This document shows positions 52,919-63,473 of a stretch of 64,000 nt of DNA, one piece after another. Both the position numbers and the translations under genes were made by a program. The DNA is taken from contig NC_086097.1 of the NCBI RefSeq assembly GCF_963921235.1, positions 208,136,001 through 208,200,000 on the forward strand, written 5' to 3'. The DNA comes from Mobula hypostoma. Its lineage: Eukaryota. The notes under the pieces were generated by a model. The model had not been told where the DNA came from. It was given only the letters and a program-made list of their open reading frames with translations, and did not search any database. The first letter of the stretch is position 1; the number at the start of each line of letters is the position of its first letter.

Positions 52919-54740
52919 AAGACTATAAGACATAGGAATAGAATTAGGCTACTCTGTCTATAGAGTTTCCTCTGCCATTCCATCATGACTGATTTATTAT
53001 CCCTCTCAATCCCATTCTCCTGTGTTCTCCTCTTAACTTTTAACTATCTAACTAATCAAGAAACTATCAATTTCCACTTTAAACATACTCAATGACTTCG
53101 CTTCCATAGCTGCCCAATGCAATGAATGTCCATAGATTCACTACCCTTTAGCTAAAAAAAAATCTCCACATCTCTTTTCTAAATGGACATTCCTCTATTC
53201 TGAGGCTCTGCCTTCTGGTCCTAGACTCCTCCACTGTTGGAAACATCCTCTCCACATTCACTCTATTTAGGCCTTTAAATATTCAATGAGTTTCAATGAG
53301 ATCTCCACCATTGTTCTAAATTCCAGCAGGTACAGGCCCAGAGCCATCAAATATGCCTCATATGTTAACCGTTTCATTCCTGAGATTATTCTTGTGAAGC
53401 TCCTCGGGACCTTGTCAAATGCTAGCACATCTTTTCTCAGATAAGGGACACAAAACTCCTCATAACACTTCACGTGAGGTTTGACCAATGTCTTTTAAAG
53501 CTTCAGCATTATGTCTTTGTTCTTACATTCTAGTCACCTTGAAATAATTGCTAACATTGCATCTGCTTTCCTTACCACTAACTCAACCTGCAAATTAATC
53601 TTTGGGAAATCCTGCAGAAGGACTCCCAAATAGCTTTGCACCTCTGAGTTTTGAATTTTCTCCCCATTTAAAAAATACACCTTTATTCCTTCCACCAAAA
53701 TGCATGATTATACACTTCCCTGCACTATATTCCATCTGCCACTTCTTTGCCCATTCCCTAATCCATCTAGTCCTTCTGCAGACTCCCTGCTTCCTCAACA
53801 CTACCTGCCCCTCCACCTATCTTCATATCATCTGCAAACTTGGTGATAAAGTCATCAATTCCGTCATCCAAAATCGTTGAGATACAACATGAAAAGAAGT
53901 GAAATACCAACCAAAACTGACCTCGCTGGAATACCACTAGTCAACAGCAGCCAATCAGAATAGGCTCCCTTTATTCTGACTCTTTGCTTCTTTCCAGTCA
54001 GCCAATTTCCTATCCATGCCATTAGCTTTCATGTAATACCATGGACTCTTACCTTAGTTAACAGCTTCATATGCAGCATCTTGTCAAACGCCCTGTGAAA
54101 TCCAAGTGAACAACATCCACTGACTCTCCTTTGTCTGCCCTGCCTGTCATTTCCTCAAAGTATTCCAACAGGTTTGTCAGGCAAGATTTCCCCAGAAGGA
54201 ATCCATGCAGACTTTAGTTGACTTTATCCTGAAGCCTTTCCCTTAATAATGAAATCAGGCTTACCAGCCTATAATTTCTTTTCTTCTGCCTCCCTCCCTT
54301 CTTAATGAGTAGAGTGACACTTGCAAATTTCCAGTCCTCCAGAACCATTCCAGAATCTAGAGATTCTTAAAAGTTCTTTACTTATGCCTCCCCAACATCT
54401 TTCACTATGTCTTTCAAGATCCTGGAGTGTAGTCCATCTGGACCAGGTGACTTACCTATTTTTAGATCTTTCAACTTCCCAAGCAATTTCTCCTTATTAA
54501 TAGCAACTGCACTCTTATCTGCCCCATAACACTCCTGAACATCTGGCATACTGCGAGTATCTTCCAAAGTGAAGACTGATGCAAAATACTTATTAAGCTT
54601 GTCTACCATTTCTTTGAACCCCATTACTACCTTTCCAGCACTATTTTCCAGCAATCCAATACAGTATCCACTTTTGCCTCTCTTTTACTCAATATATATC
54701 TGAAAAAGACTTTTGAGATACTTAATTATACTATTCGTTG

Positions 54741-54977
54741 CAACACACATCAAAGTTGCTGGTGAATGCAGCAGGGCAGGCAGCATCTCTAGGAAGAGGT
54801 GTCGACGTTTCAGGCCACCCTTCGTCAGGACGTCCTGACGAAGGGTCTCGGCCTGAAACGTCGACTGTACCTCTTCCTAGAGATGCTGCCTGCCCTGCTG
54901 CATTCACCAGCAACTTTGATGTGTGTTGCTTGAATTCCCAGCATCTGCAGAATTCCTGTTGTTTGCGTTTTTTAAAA
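54741..54977. mobile_element. Mini-Penelope hairpin
   Basis: Inverted arms meet at ~54831 with the tail on the right. TSD TATACTATT(C/G)GTTG (54727-40 / 54978-91). Confidence 0.9.
54832..54865 (+). ncRNA. Minimal type I hammerhead ribozyme motif
   Basis: GTC-CTGACGA-AGGGTCTCGGCCT-GAAA-CGTC-GAC. Confidence 0.75.
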
Positions 54978-55678
54978 TATACTATTGGTTGGCTTACTTT
55001 CATATTTCATCCTTTCTCTCCTTATGCTTTCTGTTGTTTGTTTTAGAAACATTCCAAGCTTCTAACTTTCCACTAATATTTGCTATATTATATGCACTCT
55101 CTTTTGCTTTTTTTCTGTCTTTGACTTCCCTTGTTAGTCATAGTTGCTTCATCCTCATTTTAGAGTACTTCTTACTGTTTTGGATGTACAAATCTGTCCT
55201 GTGCCTTCTGAATTACCCCCAGAAACTCCAGCCATTGCTATTCTGCCATCATTCCAGCTAAGGTCCCCTTCCAATTAACTCTGGCCAGCTCCTCTCTCAT
55301 TCCTTCACAATTCCCTTTACTTCATCTAACTTCAGCTTCTCCCTCTCAAACTGCAGGGTGAATTCTATTGTATTGGCATCACTGTCTCTTAAGGGTTCCT
55401 TTCCCTTAAGCTCCCTAATAAAATATGGCTCATTACTCAACAACCAATCCAAAATTGCCTTTCCCCTAGCAGGCTTACAACAAGCTGTTCTAAAAAGCCA
55501 ACTCGTTGACTTTCTACAAATTCCTTCTCTCGGGATCAAGCGCGACTTGAATTTCCCAATCTACCTGCACATTGAAACCCCCCATGACTTTCATAATATT
55601 ACCCTTATTACATGCTTTTCCTATCTCCCATTGTTATTTATATCCCACATGCTAGCTACTGTTTAGGGGCCAGTATAT

Positions 55679-56540
55679 TGTTACGTACCCCGTAACTGGG
55701 TTGCCAAACCAGCAGAAATGGATCACTCAGTTGGAGTCTGGATTACTAGATCTAAGAAAGTTTTATTAAAGAAACAAGCAACACAGTAATCGAAAGGATA
55801 ATAAATGCAACAGTTCAGCAATGATAAACACACATGTGCACAGAATTAAGATGACAGGATCAATCAAGCTCTATCGTTGTCTAGGGGTAAATGACCAATT
55901 TCAAAGTGACACAAAGTTCAGTCCAATTTAGTTCAGTTCGCAGTAATCGTTGCCATGGCGATGGACAATGTGGGGGGAAGGAGAGAGAGAACAAGAACGA
56001 ATGATCATTCAAAACGGCTTCCACTCACAGACCTGCGATATTGCTCACAAGCAGCTTTCGGGCGAGTCCTTTGTGATGTCACCTGGGGTCACCGACTGTG
56101 ACCCCTCCTCCAGATGCGGTCGATCCTCTGCAGTGAACCCGGCACCCAAGCGAGGGTGGACACACACCGGGTTCCCGCTGATCGTACCTTTCCACCCTGT
56201 GCATTTATGCCTCAATACTTCCCACCGACTTGTGAGAGGCGCACCGCTTCCAGGGTCTCGTTACCTCGGGTGTCGTGTGTCCTGCCTTAGCGAACCTGTC
56301 CCTTTTTATCCCCCTGCTGGGGTATCGCCTGTCCATCACTTCAAACAGTTCAGGGTTCAAAGGGCGGAGCCGATCCTGACAATACCCAGACTGATGGCTC
56401 CTTCATTAACACCTCCAAATGCTGCTTCATTGTGTGCCTTATCTCTCCCTCCCCTGAGGGCAGGTGGCAGACCAACTGCTGATGCCACTGGTGCTAGCCC
56501 AGGCCAGCAAACATCTTAATTTATGTGTATTCTCGTCACA
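55679..56540 (-). mobile_element. Solo LTR
   Basis: TGTTACG...CGTCACA termini with 4-bp TSD ATAT (55675-78 / 56541-44). Minus-strand AATAAA near 55762. Confidence 0.85.
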
Positions 56541-56787
56541 ATATAATGCCAATTAGGTTCTTTTTACCTCTGCAGTTTCTTAACTCTACCCACAAGGATT
56601 CTATATCTTTCGATCCAAAGCCACCCCTTTCTAAGGATTTGATTTCATTCTTTTACTGGTGGAGTCACCCTACTCCCTCTGCCTGACTGCCTGTCCTTTC
56701 GATACAAGGTGTCTCCTTCAGCCACAATATAGTGATGCTCACAACCTGCCAATCTCTAACCACGCTACAAGATTATCTACCTTATTG

Positions 56788-57976
56788 CAGCGGACCCCAA
56801 CCACCAGGCACCGAGCCGCAAAGCATGTGCTACCAGGCCACGAGGAAACGATATGATTTGGCGATATGTGCCAGCTGCACCTTTCCTCATTCCCTGTCAT
56901 GCCCACTGTTGAGCATGAACGCACACGAGGTCATTACCCGTGCGTCATCCATATCAGTGTGGGAAGGAGATCAGCTCCTCAAGCTTGCAAATGACGGCGG
57001 GCTGAAAAGTATGTTTGACACAACATCTCTGCCAGCATTCTGGATCAAAGTCAAAGCTGAATATCCTGAGATAGCCACGAAAGCACTGAAAACGTTGCTT
57101 CCATTTCCAACATATCTCTGCAATGAATGCAACGAAAACTAAATTGCGGAATAGACTGCACATAAGGAACCCCCTTTGAGTATCGTTGTCTCCATCACCC
57201 CTCGATGGCACAGTCTTGTTGCAGGGAAACAAGCCCAGGGCTCCCACTGATTCAGCGATATTGGTGTGTTGCAATGACTTTATATGTTCATACGGGGAAA
57301 ATGAGCTGTGTGTTTAATATCCAAACATTACTTAAAATGTTATGATGCTATTGACTTATAAGTGACTTATATAAACATATAACAATTACAGCACAGAAAC
57401 AGGCCATCTTTGCCCTTCTAGTCCATGCCGAACTCTTACTCTCACCTAGTCCCACCGACCTGCACTCAGCCCACAACCCTCCATTCCTTTCCTGTCCATA
57501 TACCTATCCAGTTTTTCTTTAAATGATAATATCGAACCTCCCTCTACCACTTCTGCTGGAAGTTCGTTCAACACTTACTTCAAGCTCCGCTATCTTCCCC
57601 TGATAATTAACTTATCACTATATTCATGCGAGGAAAATATGTGCTGTGTTTAATATTAAATTTGTTAGATAAACCCTTTTAGAAACGAAATTGAGTGTAT
57701 TAGCTACTTATCACCTATATTCCGGTCATGATTAACAACCCCACCCCCGCCCCGAACAGAATCGCCAAAAACAATTTGCAGGAAAAAAATCGGCAGGTAC
57801 ATGCATGAACACTGGTGCCCGGCGCAAGGCTTCATGGTCATTGTAGTCTTTCTCTGCTACTGCTACTCTTGTCCGTTGGCAACTCTACCCACCTCCTCCC
57901 GCTCTGGTCGGCCAGTCCACAAGAATATTTTCAATATTAAACCGGTCCGCAGTGCGAGAAAGGTTGGGGACCCCTG
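56788..57976 (+). mobile_element. Internally deleted hAT/Charlie transposon
   Basis: TIRs CAGCGGACCCCAACC / GGTTGGGGACCCCTG with perfect 8-bp TSD CCTTATTG. Transposase C-terminus QLL.LANDGGLKSMF..FWIKVKAEYPEIATKALKTLLPFPT...QAQGSH. Confidence 0.95.
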
Positions 57977-59389
57977 CCTTATTGCATATACTGCATGCAT
58001 TCAAATATAACACGTTCAGTCCTGTACTTATCACCCTTTTCAATTTTTCCCCCACTTTACACTCCAACTCAACCCACTGACTGTAATCTTGCCCTTTCAT
58101 CTGCCTGTCCTTCTTCACAGTCCCATTATACAATGCATCAACTTGTATTCCAATTGCCCCTTCCTCAGCACTATCACTCTGGTTCCCAATCCCAACCCAA
58201 GTGAGTTTAAACCTTCCCCAAAAGCTCTAAAAAAACGTCCCCAAGGATAGTGCTCTCCCTCAGGTTCAAGTGTAATGAATCCTTGCTGAACAGTTCAGAT
58301 CTTCCCCAGAGGAGATCCCAGTTAATCAGGAAATCTGAAACCTGCACCACTCCCACGGTCACTCATTCATCTTCACTATCATCCTGTTCCTGCCCTGAGT
58401 AACATGTGGTACTGGGAGTAACCCAGAGATTACTACCTTGGAGGTCCTGCTCTTCAGCTTCTCCTCTCACTCCCTATACTCACTGTGCAAGACCTTCTCG
58501 CCCTTTCAATGGCATAAGGTGCATCACAACCTTTGTCTGCTCAACCTCCCTCCTGACAATCTTCTACAGCCGCTCAGAGACATCCTGGACGCTAGCACCT
58601 GGGAGGCTGCACACCATCCTGGCTTCCCTTTCGTGGCCACAGAATCTGACGTCCGTCCCCCTAATTCTTTTATCTCTCCCACTCTGTCTGACTTTACCCT
58701 TCCCTGCTGAGCCTTAGCTGGGGACATGCCTCTATCTTGGCTGCTGCTATTGTGCTCTGATAGGCCAACCTCCCCATATTCCCCCAAATCCTAAATAGTA
58801 TACTTGTTACTGAGGGGAATTGCCACAAGGGAAGCCTGCACAGACTGCCTACTCCCCTTACTTCACCTGGTGGTCACCCATCTACAATCTGAAGCCTGCA
58901 CTCTGGTGTGATCACCTCGATAAAAGTCTCATCTAGTGCTTTTTCGTCCTTCCAGATGGTCTTGAGTACTTCCAGATCCAGCTCCACTTCTTTGCTATTG
59001 TCAGTCAGAAGCTGTAGTTGGATGCATATCCTCCAGCTGTAGTCATCAGAGAGACCAGCAGGTACCCTAAAGTCCCATATCTCACAGGAGGAGCAATCCG
59101 CAGCCTGAACTACAATCCTGCTTACACTTCTTGTACCTCTAACTTGTCAAATTTAGGTTCAAGCCTGCATATGTTCCTGCCCAAGCCTGTTGAGCCAAAG
59201 CCTGACCACTCTAACACTGGCCCACTCCCACAATGGCCATTTCAATTACATTGGCCTCACCAAGTCCCTAAAAGATCACAATGATTGTATCTCATTGTAA
59301 AATTCCGAAAGGCCCCGAGCTCTTTTTAAATGTCATGTAGCCTCATCAACAAATGACACCGTATGGATGATTTTTGCCTGCCAAAAATT

Positions 59390-59610
59390 CATCTTTCCTC
59401 CTCAACCCACCTGGCTTCGCCTATCTCTTTCTAACTTGTACTTCTTCCCCTCCCTCCAGCTTCTTATTCTGGCGTCTTACCCCCTTCCTTTCCTGTCCTG
59501 AAACATCAACTATTTGCTCACTTACATAGATGCTGCCTGTCCTGCTGAGTTCCTCCAGCATTTTGTATTTGTTGCTCTGGATTTCCAGCATCTGCAGAAT
59601 CTCTTGTGCT
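59390..59610 (+). mobile_element. Penelope terminal fragment with tail
   Basis: GATGCTGCCTG..CTGCTGAGTTCCTCCAGCA...TTTCCAGCATCTGCAGAATCTCTTGTG. Confidence 0.75.
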
Positions 59611-59789
59611 TATAAACTGTGTGTACACTATGATTTGAAACTAATAGGCACATTTTGCACATTAATCGTATATGTAGCACATGTAGCAAGCATCCTTAAT
59701 TGCACTTTATGATTGTTTGAGCATCTTATTAAGCTACTTCTTCGATTTACCGGAAATAGAAGCATAATACAAAAGGACATACCCTCCCT

Positions 59790-60003
59790 TCATTACTACT
59801 GACACTAAATGTTTTAGGAACAGTTTCTTCCCCTCTGAATGGTCTGTGAATTCATCAACACTTCTTCACTGTTCCTTTTGCACTATTTATTTATTTATTT
59901 ATTTGTTGTAACTTACATTAATTTTTATGTCTTGCAATGTACTGCTGCAGTAAAGCAACAAATTTATGACATACATATGTCAGGGATAATGAACCTGTTT
60001 CTG
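59790..60003 (+). mobile_element. Rex1-type 3' tail
   Basis: FRNSFFP remnant, with a 3' UTR like that of 63474-63700. Confidence 0.65.
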
Positions 60004-60174
60004 AAAAGGTCATGAAAAGAGGAGTCAGTTAGTTGATACTTCAACCTTTTCCTATATTATCCAGAATGTACCGGAATAGATACAATCTTCTGAAATAGTA
60101 GTCATTGTCAACAAATTAACCTCATAGACAAAAAAGCAAAGTTGTTGGAGTTAATTACTTTACTCAGAGAAATT

Positions 60175-60407
60175 ACTTTAGTAAGAGGGTGGTAAATCTG
60201 CGGAATTTGTTGCCATGAGCGGCTGTGGAGGCCAAGACATTGGATGTATTTAAGGAAGAGTTAGATAGGACATCAAAGGGTATGGGGAGAAGACAAGGGA
60301 TTGGGGGTGACTGGAAGAATTGGATCAGCCCATGATTGAATGGCGAAGCAGACTCAATGGACCGAATGGCCTACTTCTGCTCCTATATCTTATGGTCTTA
60401 TGGTCTT
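60175..60407 (+). mobile_element. CR1 3' tail
   Basis: RVVNL.NLLP remnant and TTATGGTC repeats. Confidence 0.85.
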
Positions 60408-60484
60408 AAAATGGAGAGCCCTCACACAGATGACTGAAATGAAGGGATGAATATTCACTCATTTTTCCTTACAATCACAACAAA

Positions 60485-60665
60485 TAAGTGCTGGCATTAA
60501 ACAGAAAATGGTGGAGGTATTCACCTGGACAGGCAGCATCCTTAGAGAGAGAACAAATGTAATCTGATGGAAGATCATTGTCTCGTAATGTTAACTATGC
60601 TTCCCTCTCCACAGGTGCTGTCTTACCTGCCAAGCATATCGTACAATTATCTCTGCCTTAAGCTT
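60485..60665. mobile_element. Old diverged Penelope-type hairpin
   Basis: Degenerate inverted arms (GACAGGCAGCATC...AGAGAG / CTCTCCACAGGTGCTGTCTTACCTG) with the same layout as the younger hairpins. Confidence 0.45.
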
Positions 60666-60731
60666 CCATCCTGCATTGTTTTTGTCTTTCAAACCCTATA
60701 CCAGCCACCCATACGGATCCCTTCATTACAC

Positions 60732-62150
60732 ATGGCCAACACTGAGTTGGTTACACACCAGTGTATTCCTTCACTGGAGAATCTGGTTAGTCATAGTAGT
60801 CATACTTTATTGATCCCGGGGGAAATTGGTTGAAATTACCGTGAGAAAAAAATACAACATCAACGTATATACATACAAATTAGCTGTTGTGTTCTATCCT
60901 TGTCTACATTCCGGGTACAGGTATCGGCAGGCATTCTGGAACATTCTGACCCAGGTGACATTGAAGAATAGCTGAACATGGTTTTTGGATCTACATGGGA
61001 AGCTTTAATTGAAATGGTGCAACGTGATGTTAGGGGTTTACCGGGAATGTAGGCTAAGAGTGCATTCCCTGACTTCGACCACTCATGTTTTTCTATTATA
61101 GAGGCTTTGAATACTGCAGGCATCTACCCATTTCCCTATGAGTCTGGGAGGTCTCTGTGTTTAGTAGCATTGAATTCAGATGAATGATCTATGTACATCC
61201 TCTCCAGAAAGGATCCATCTAGGTTGCCTCCTGCCCTTTCCTTTTCCTCCTGCCCCTCTAACTCTTGTTCTGCAGATCTTCACCAAAATGGTGGTGGCAA
61301 CTGATGAGTGCTTCCAGTGGCAACTTGCTGTAGTGAACAGAATCCCACAGTGATCCTTGCCACACAATGCTGTGGGGCTTCTCCAGCGCTACCTATGCAG
61401 CACAGTCATTGCATCTTGCCAACCCCCGACACTACCACATTTCTTGATGCATCATTCATTCTGTGCATGTTTCTCAAAGTGGGTGTGCACAAGTCTATCA
61501 CCAGCTGACAGCCCTTGCAGCCGAGCAGCCATCCTTTACTTTGTAATAGTGGCAATAGTAGCAGAAAGCACAACACAGAGACAGAGAAGAAAGGCATAAT
61601 GACTGTTACCAGGAGTTCAAACGTTGATATAAAGGTTCAGACCCGAACAATTGTTAAAAGCTGAAGAATCCATGTTGGATACTGTGTATTTCAGAGATTT
61701 TATGTTGGGAACATTTAAAATCCATGTGCGCATTCAGTAGTACCCTGATCCACAAGAAACCAACAATCTCCTCCAAGCTGCAAACTCACTCCACCCCTGC
61801 TCACTGGCAAGAAAGGTGTGAAACATAGTCAGCTCTCTTTATGCCACCTCAGTGACTTATTTTGTGCAAAAGAGGAAATTCGCAATTATCCTCAGCTTTA
61901 GCCCAGAAGGATCATCGCATCTCAAATTCAGAGCCTACGATCATCACATAATCTTGGCAATGAAGCCCTTGCCTTTCTCTTTGGTTGACATTACAAATGC
62001 AGCAGATAGCAATGTTCGGTGTGTAAGTCTTCATTAATGTGCATGTGCCTCCTGAACACTTAGGTAGCTCTGATCTCCTACTGAGAGTCTCTCTTTCCTC
62101 TTCAGTTTTCCTCCATCTTCTGTGCTCACCCTCAGCCATACTAGTGGCCA
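60732..62150 (+). pseudogene. Probable endogenous viral element: decayed filovirus-like (Mononegavirales) nucleoprotein gene
   Basis: Colinear blocks CFSIIEALNTAGI..LCL (61086-61163), IFTKMVVATDEC (61276-61311), SFILCMFLKVGVH (61452-61490), FSSTLIHK (61733-61756), LQ..LHPCSLARKV*NIVSSLYA (61771-61845) and GSSHLKFRAYDHHIILAM (61909-61962) match ebolavirus NP as I recall it. Several stops and frameshifts. The 3' boundary is uncertain. Confidence 0.75.
60789..60831 (-). mobile_element. 43-bp Rex1-type tail stub
   Basis: The reverse complement resembles the tail at 10216-10250 (CCAATTTCCC..GGGATCAATAAAGTATG). TGGTT is present on both sides. Confidence 0.7.
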
Positions 62151-62654
62151 AGTCTAATGCTACCAAAATAATCCTTTTTAGGCATAAATTCATTAAAGAT
62201 CCATCCAAGCGATAGATCATCAGCACTTGACGTATCACTTACTGTAGAATGTAAAGAATTATAAATGATACCAACATCTTGTAGAAATCAACCAGAAACT
62301 ATTCTGCATGTAGGGGATGGTAATGCGGGAACAGAGAAGTAGCATGTCTCTTCACACCCCCAATAAATGTGCAAGGTTACAAGTGGCAGGAGCACTGAGC
62401 CTCACGGTGGCAGTTTTGATATCAACTCAAACCTTTACACAAATTTACCTCACATTTACACTACTTTGCACACTTCAGTATCTATTGGGTGCCATCTTGC
62501 CTTGATCAGTATTGTATCTTGTGTCTATCCCTTTCCTTCTCCTTTCTTAAACTGCAGTGTTAATTCTGCTACTATCTAATCTGCTGGAATCATTTTAACC
62601 TTTATGAAATTCTGGAAAAATCAAAACTGTACCAGTACCAGTATTGGATGGCAC

Positions 62655-62958
62655 AGAAGATTAGCTGGAACGGGCACTGGCTCACAACTCCAGAGACATA
62701 GGTACTGTATATTCTCCCTGTTACTGTGTAGGCTTTCTTCATACGCTCTAGTATCCTCCTGTACTCTAAGGACTTGAGGGCTGGTGGGTTAATTGGCTAC
62801 TAGAAATCACCCCTAGTGTGAAGATGAGTGGCAGAATCTGTAGGGAGCTTGATGAATGTGGTGAAAATAAAATGCAATTCTTATAGGATTAGTGTAAATG
62901 AGTGGTCAGCACAGACTAGGTGGGCTGAATGTCCCCTTTCAGTGTTGTAAGATTCTTA
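62655..62958 (+). mobile_element. Degraded V-type SINE
   Basis: Degenerate V-domain TTCTCCCTGTTACTGTGTAGGCTTTC and a CR1-like end GGTGGGCTGAATG. Confidence 0.6.
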
Positions 62959-63473
62959 TCTCAACAACAAAGCGTTTTAAGGCCCAAGGGTGGACTCATT
63001 GTGTCCAAAGTTTTAGAGCCATTAATTTCTCAAATACTTGTTCTATATCTATATTAATTACATTATGTTCCTGACACCCATCAGATCTTGATTCTTCCTC
63101 ACTCCTGGTTTTCATATAAATGTTTTTTAATATGAAGCCAAGTGCAAAATATTTGTTCAATATTTTGACTATTTTCTTATAATTCATTATGTCATTGCCC
63201 ATAAAGTGACCGCTTCTCTCGCGGGTCCCGTCTTTTTTGATAGGTATTATAACCATCTGTTTTAGTGTCTTACTAGTAAATTCTAACAACGAGAAGCTTG
63301 AAAATCTATATCCCGTGTGCCCAGGATATCGCTCAGTAAAGAGCGGATGCATAGACACCTTCCAAAGTTTAGTTTCTGGAGCAGTTCCTACACATTTCAG
63401 GGTGACAAATAAATCCCCTTTATTTTAAAAAAAATGGAAAACAGGGAACTACAGAACTACAGGTTTGTGAAAG

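Larger units (their letters stand above)
52918..59090 (-). mobile_element. Near full-length decayed CR1 LINE carrying three nested insertions
   Basis: Tail at 52918. KLNKYFASVF, KSPGPDGLH, RGKAILDW. ORF2 start VLYLNACSI at ~57990-58020. ORF1 esterase remnant CSLPGASVQDVSERL at ~58570-58615. Confidence 0.9.

Noticed and set aside
55950..56519. 189-aa ORF
   Set aside because: It lies wholly inside a solo LTR and has no protein motifs.
60838..60865. ACCGTGAGAAAAAAATACAAC resembling a viral leader, with the adjacent Rex1 tail as a template-switch partner
   Set aside because: The stub is flanked by TGGTT on both sides and its removal restores a frame from ATG 60732, so a later independent insertion is the simpler explanation.
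60860..61123. 87-aa minus-strand ORF (also 61912-62238)
   Set aside because: These are probably antisense shadows of the plus-strand NP-like frame and carry no recognisable motifs.
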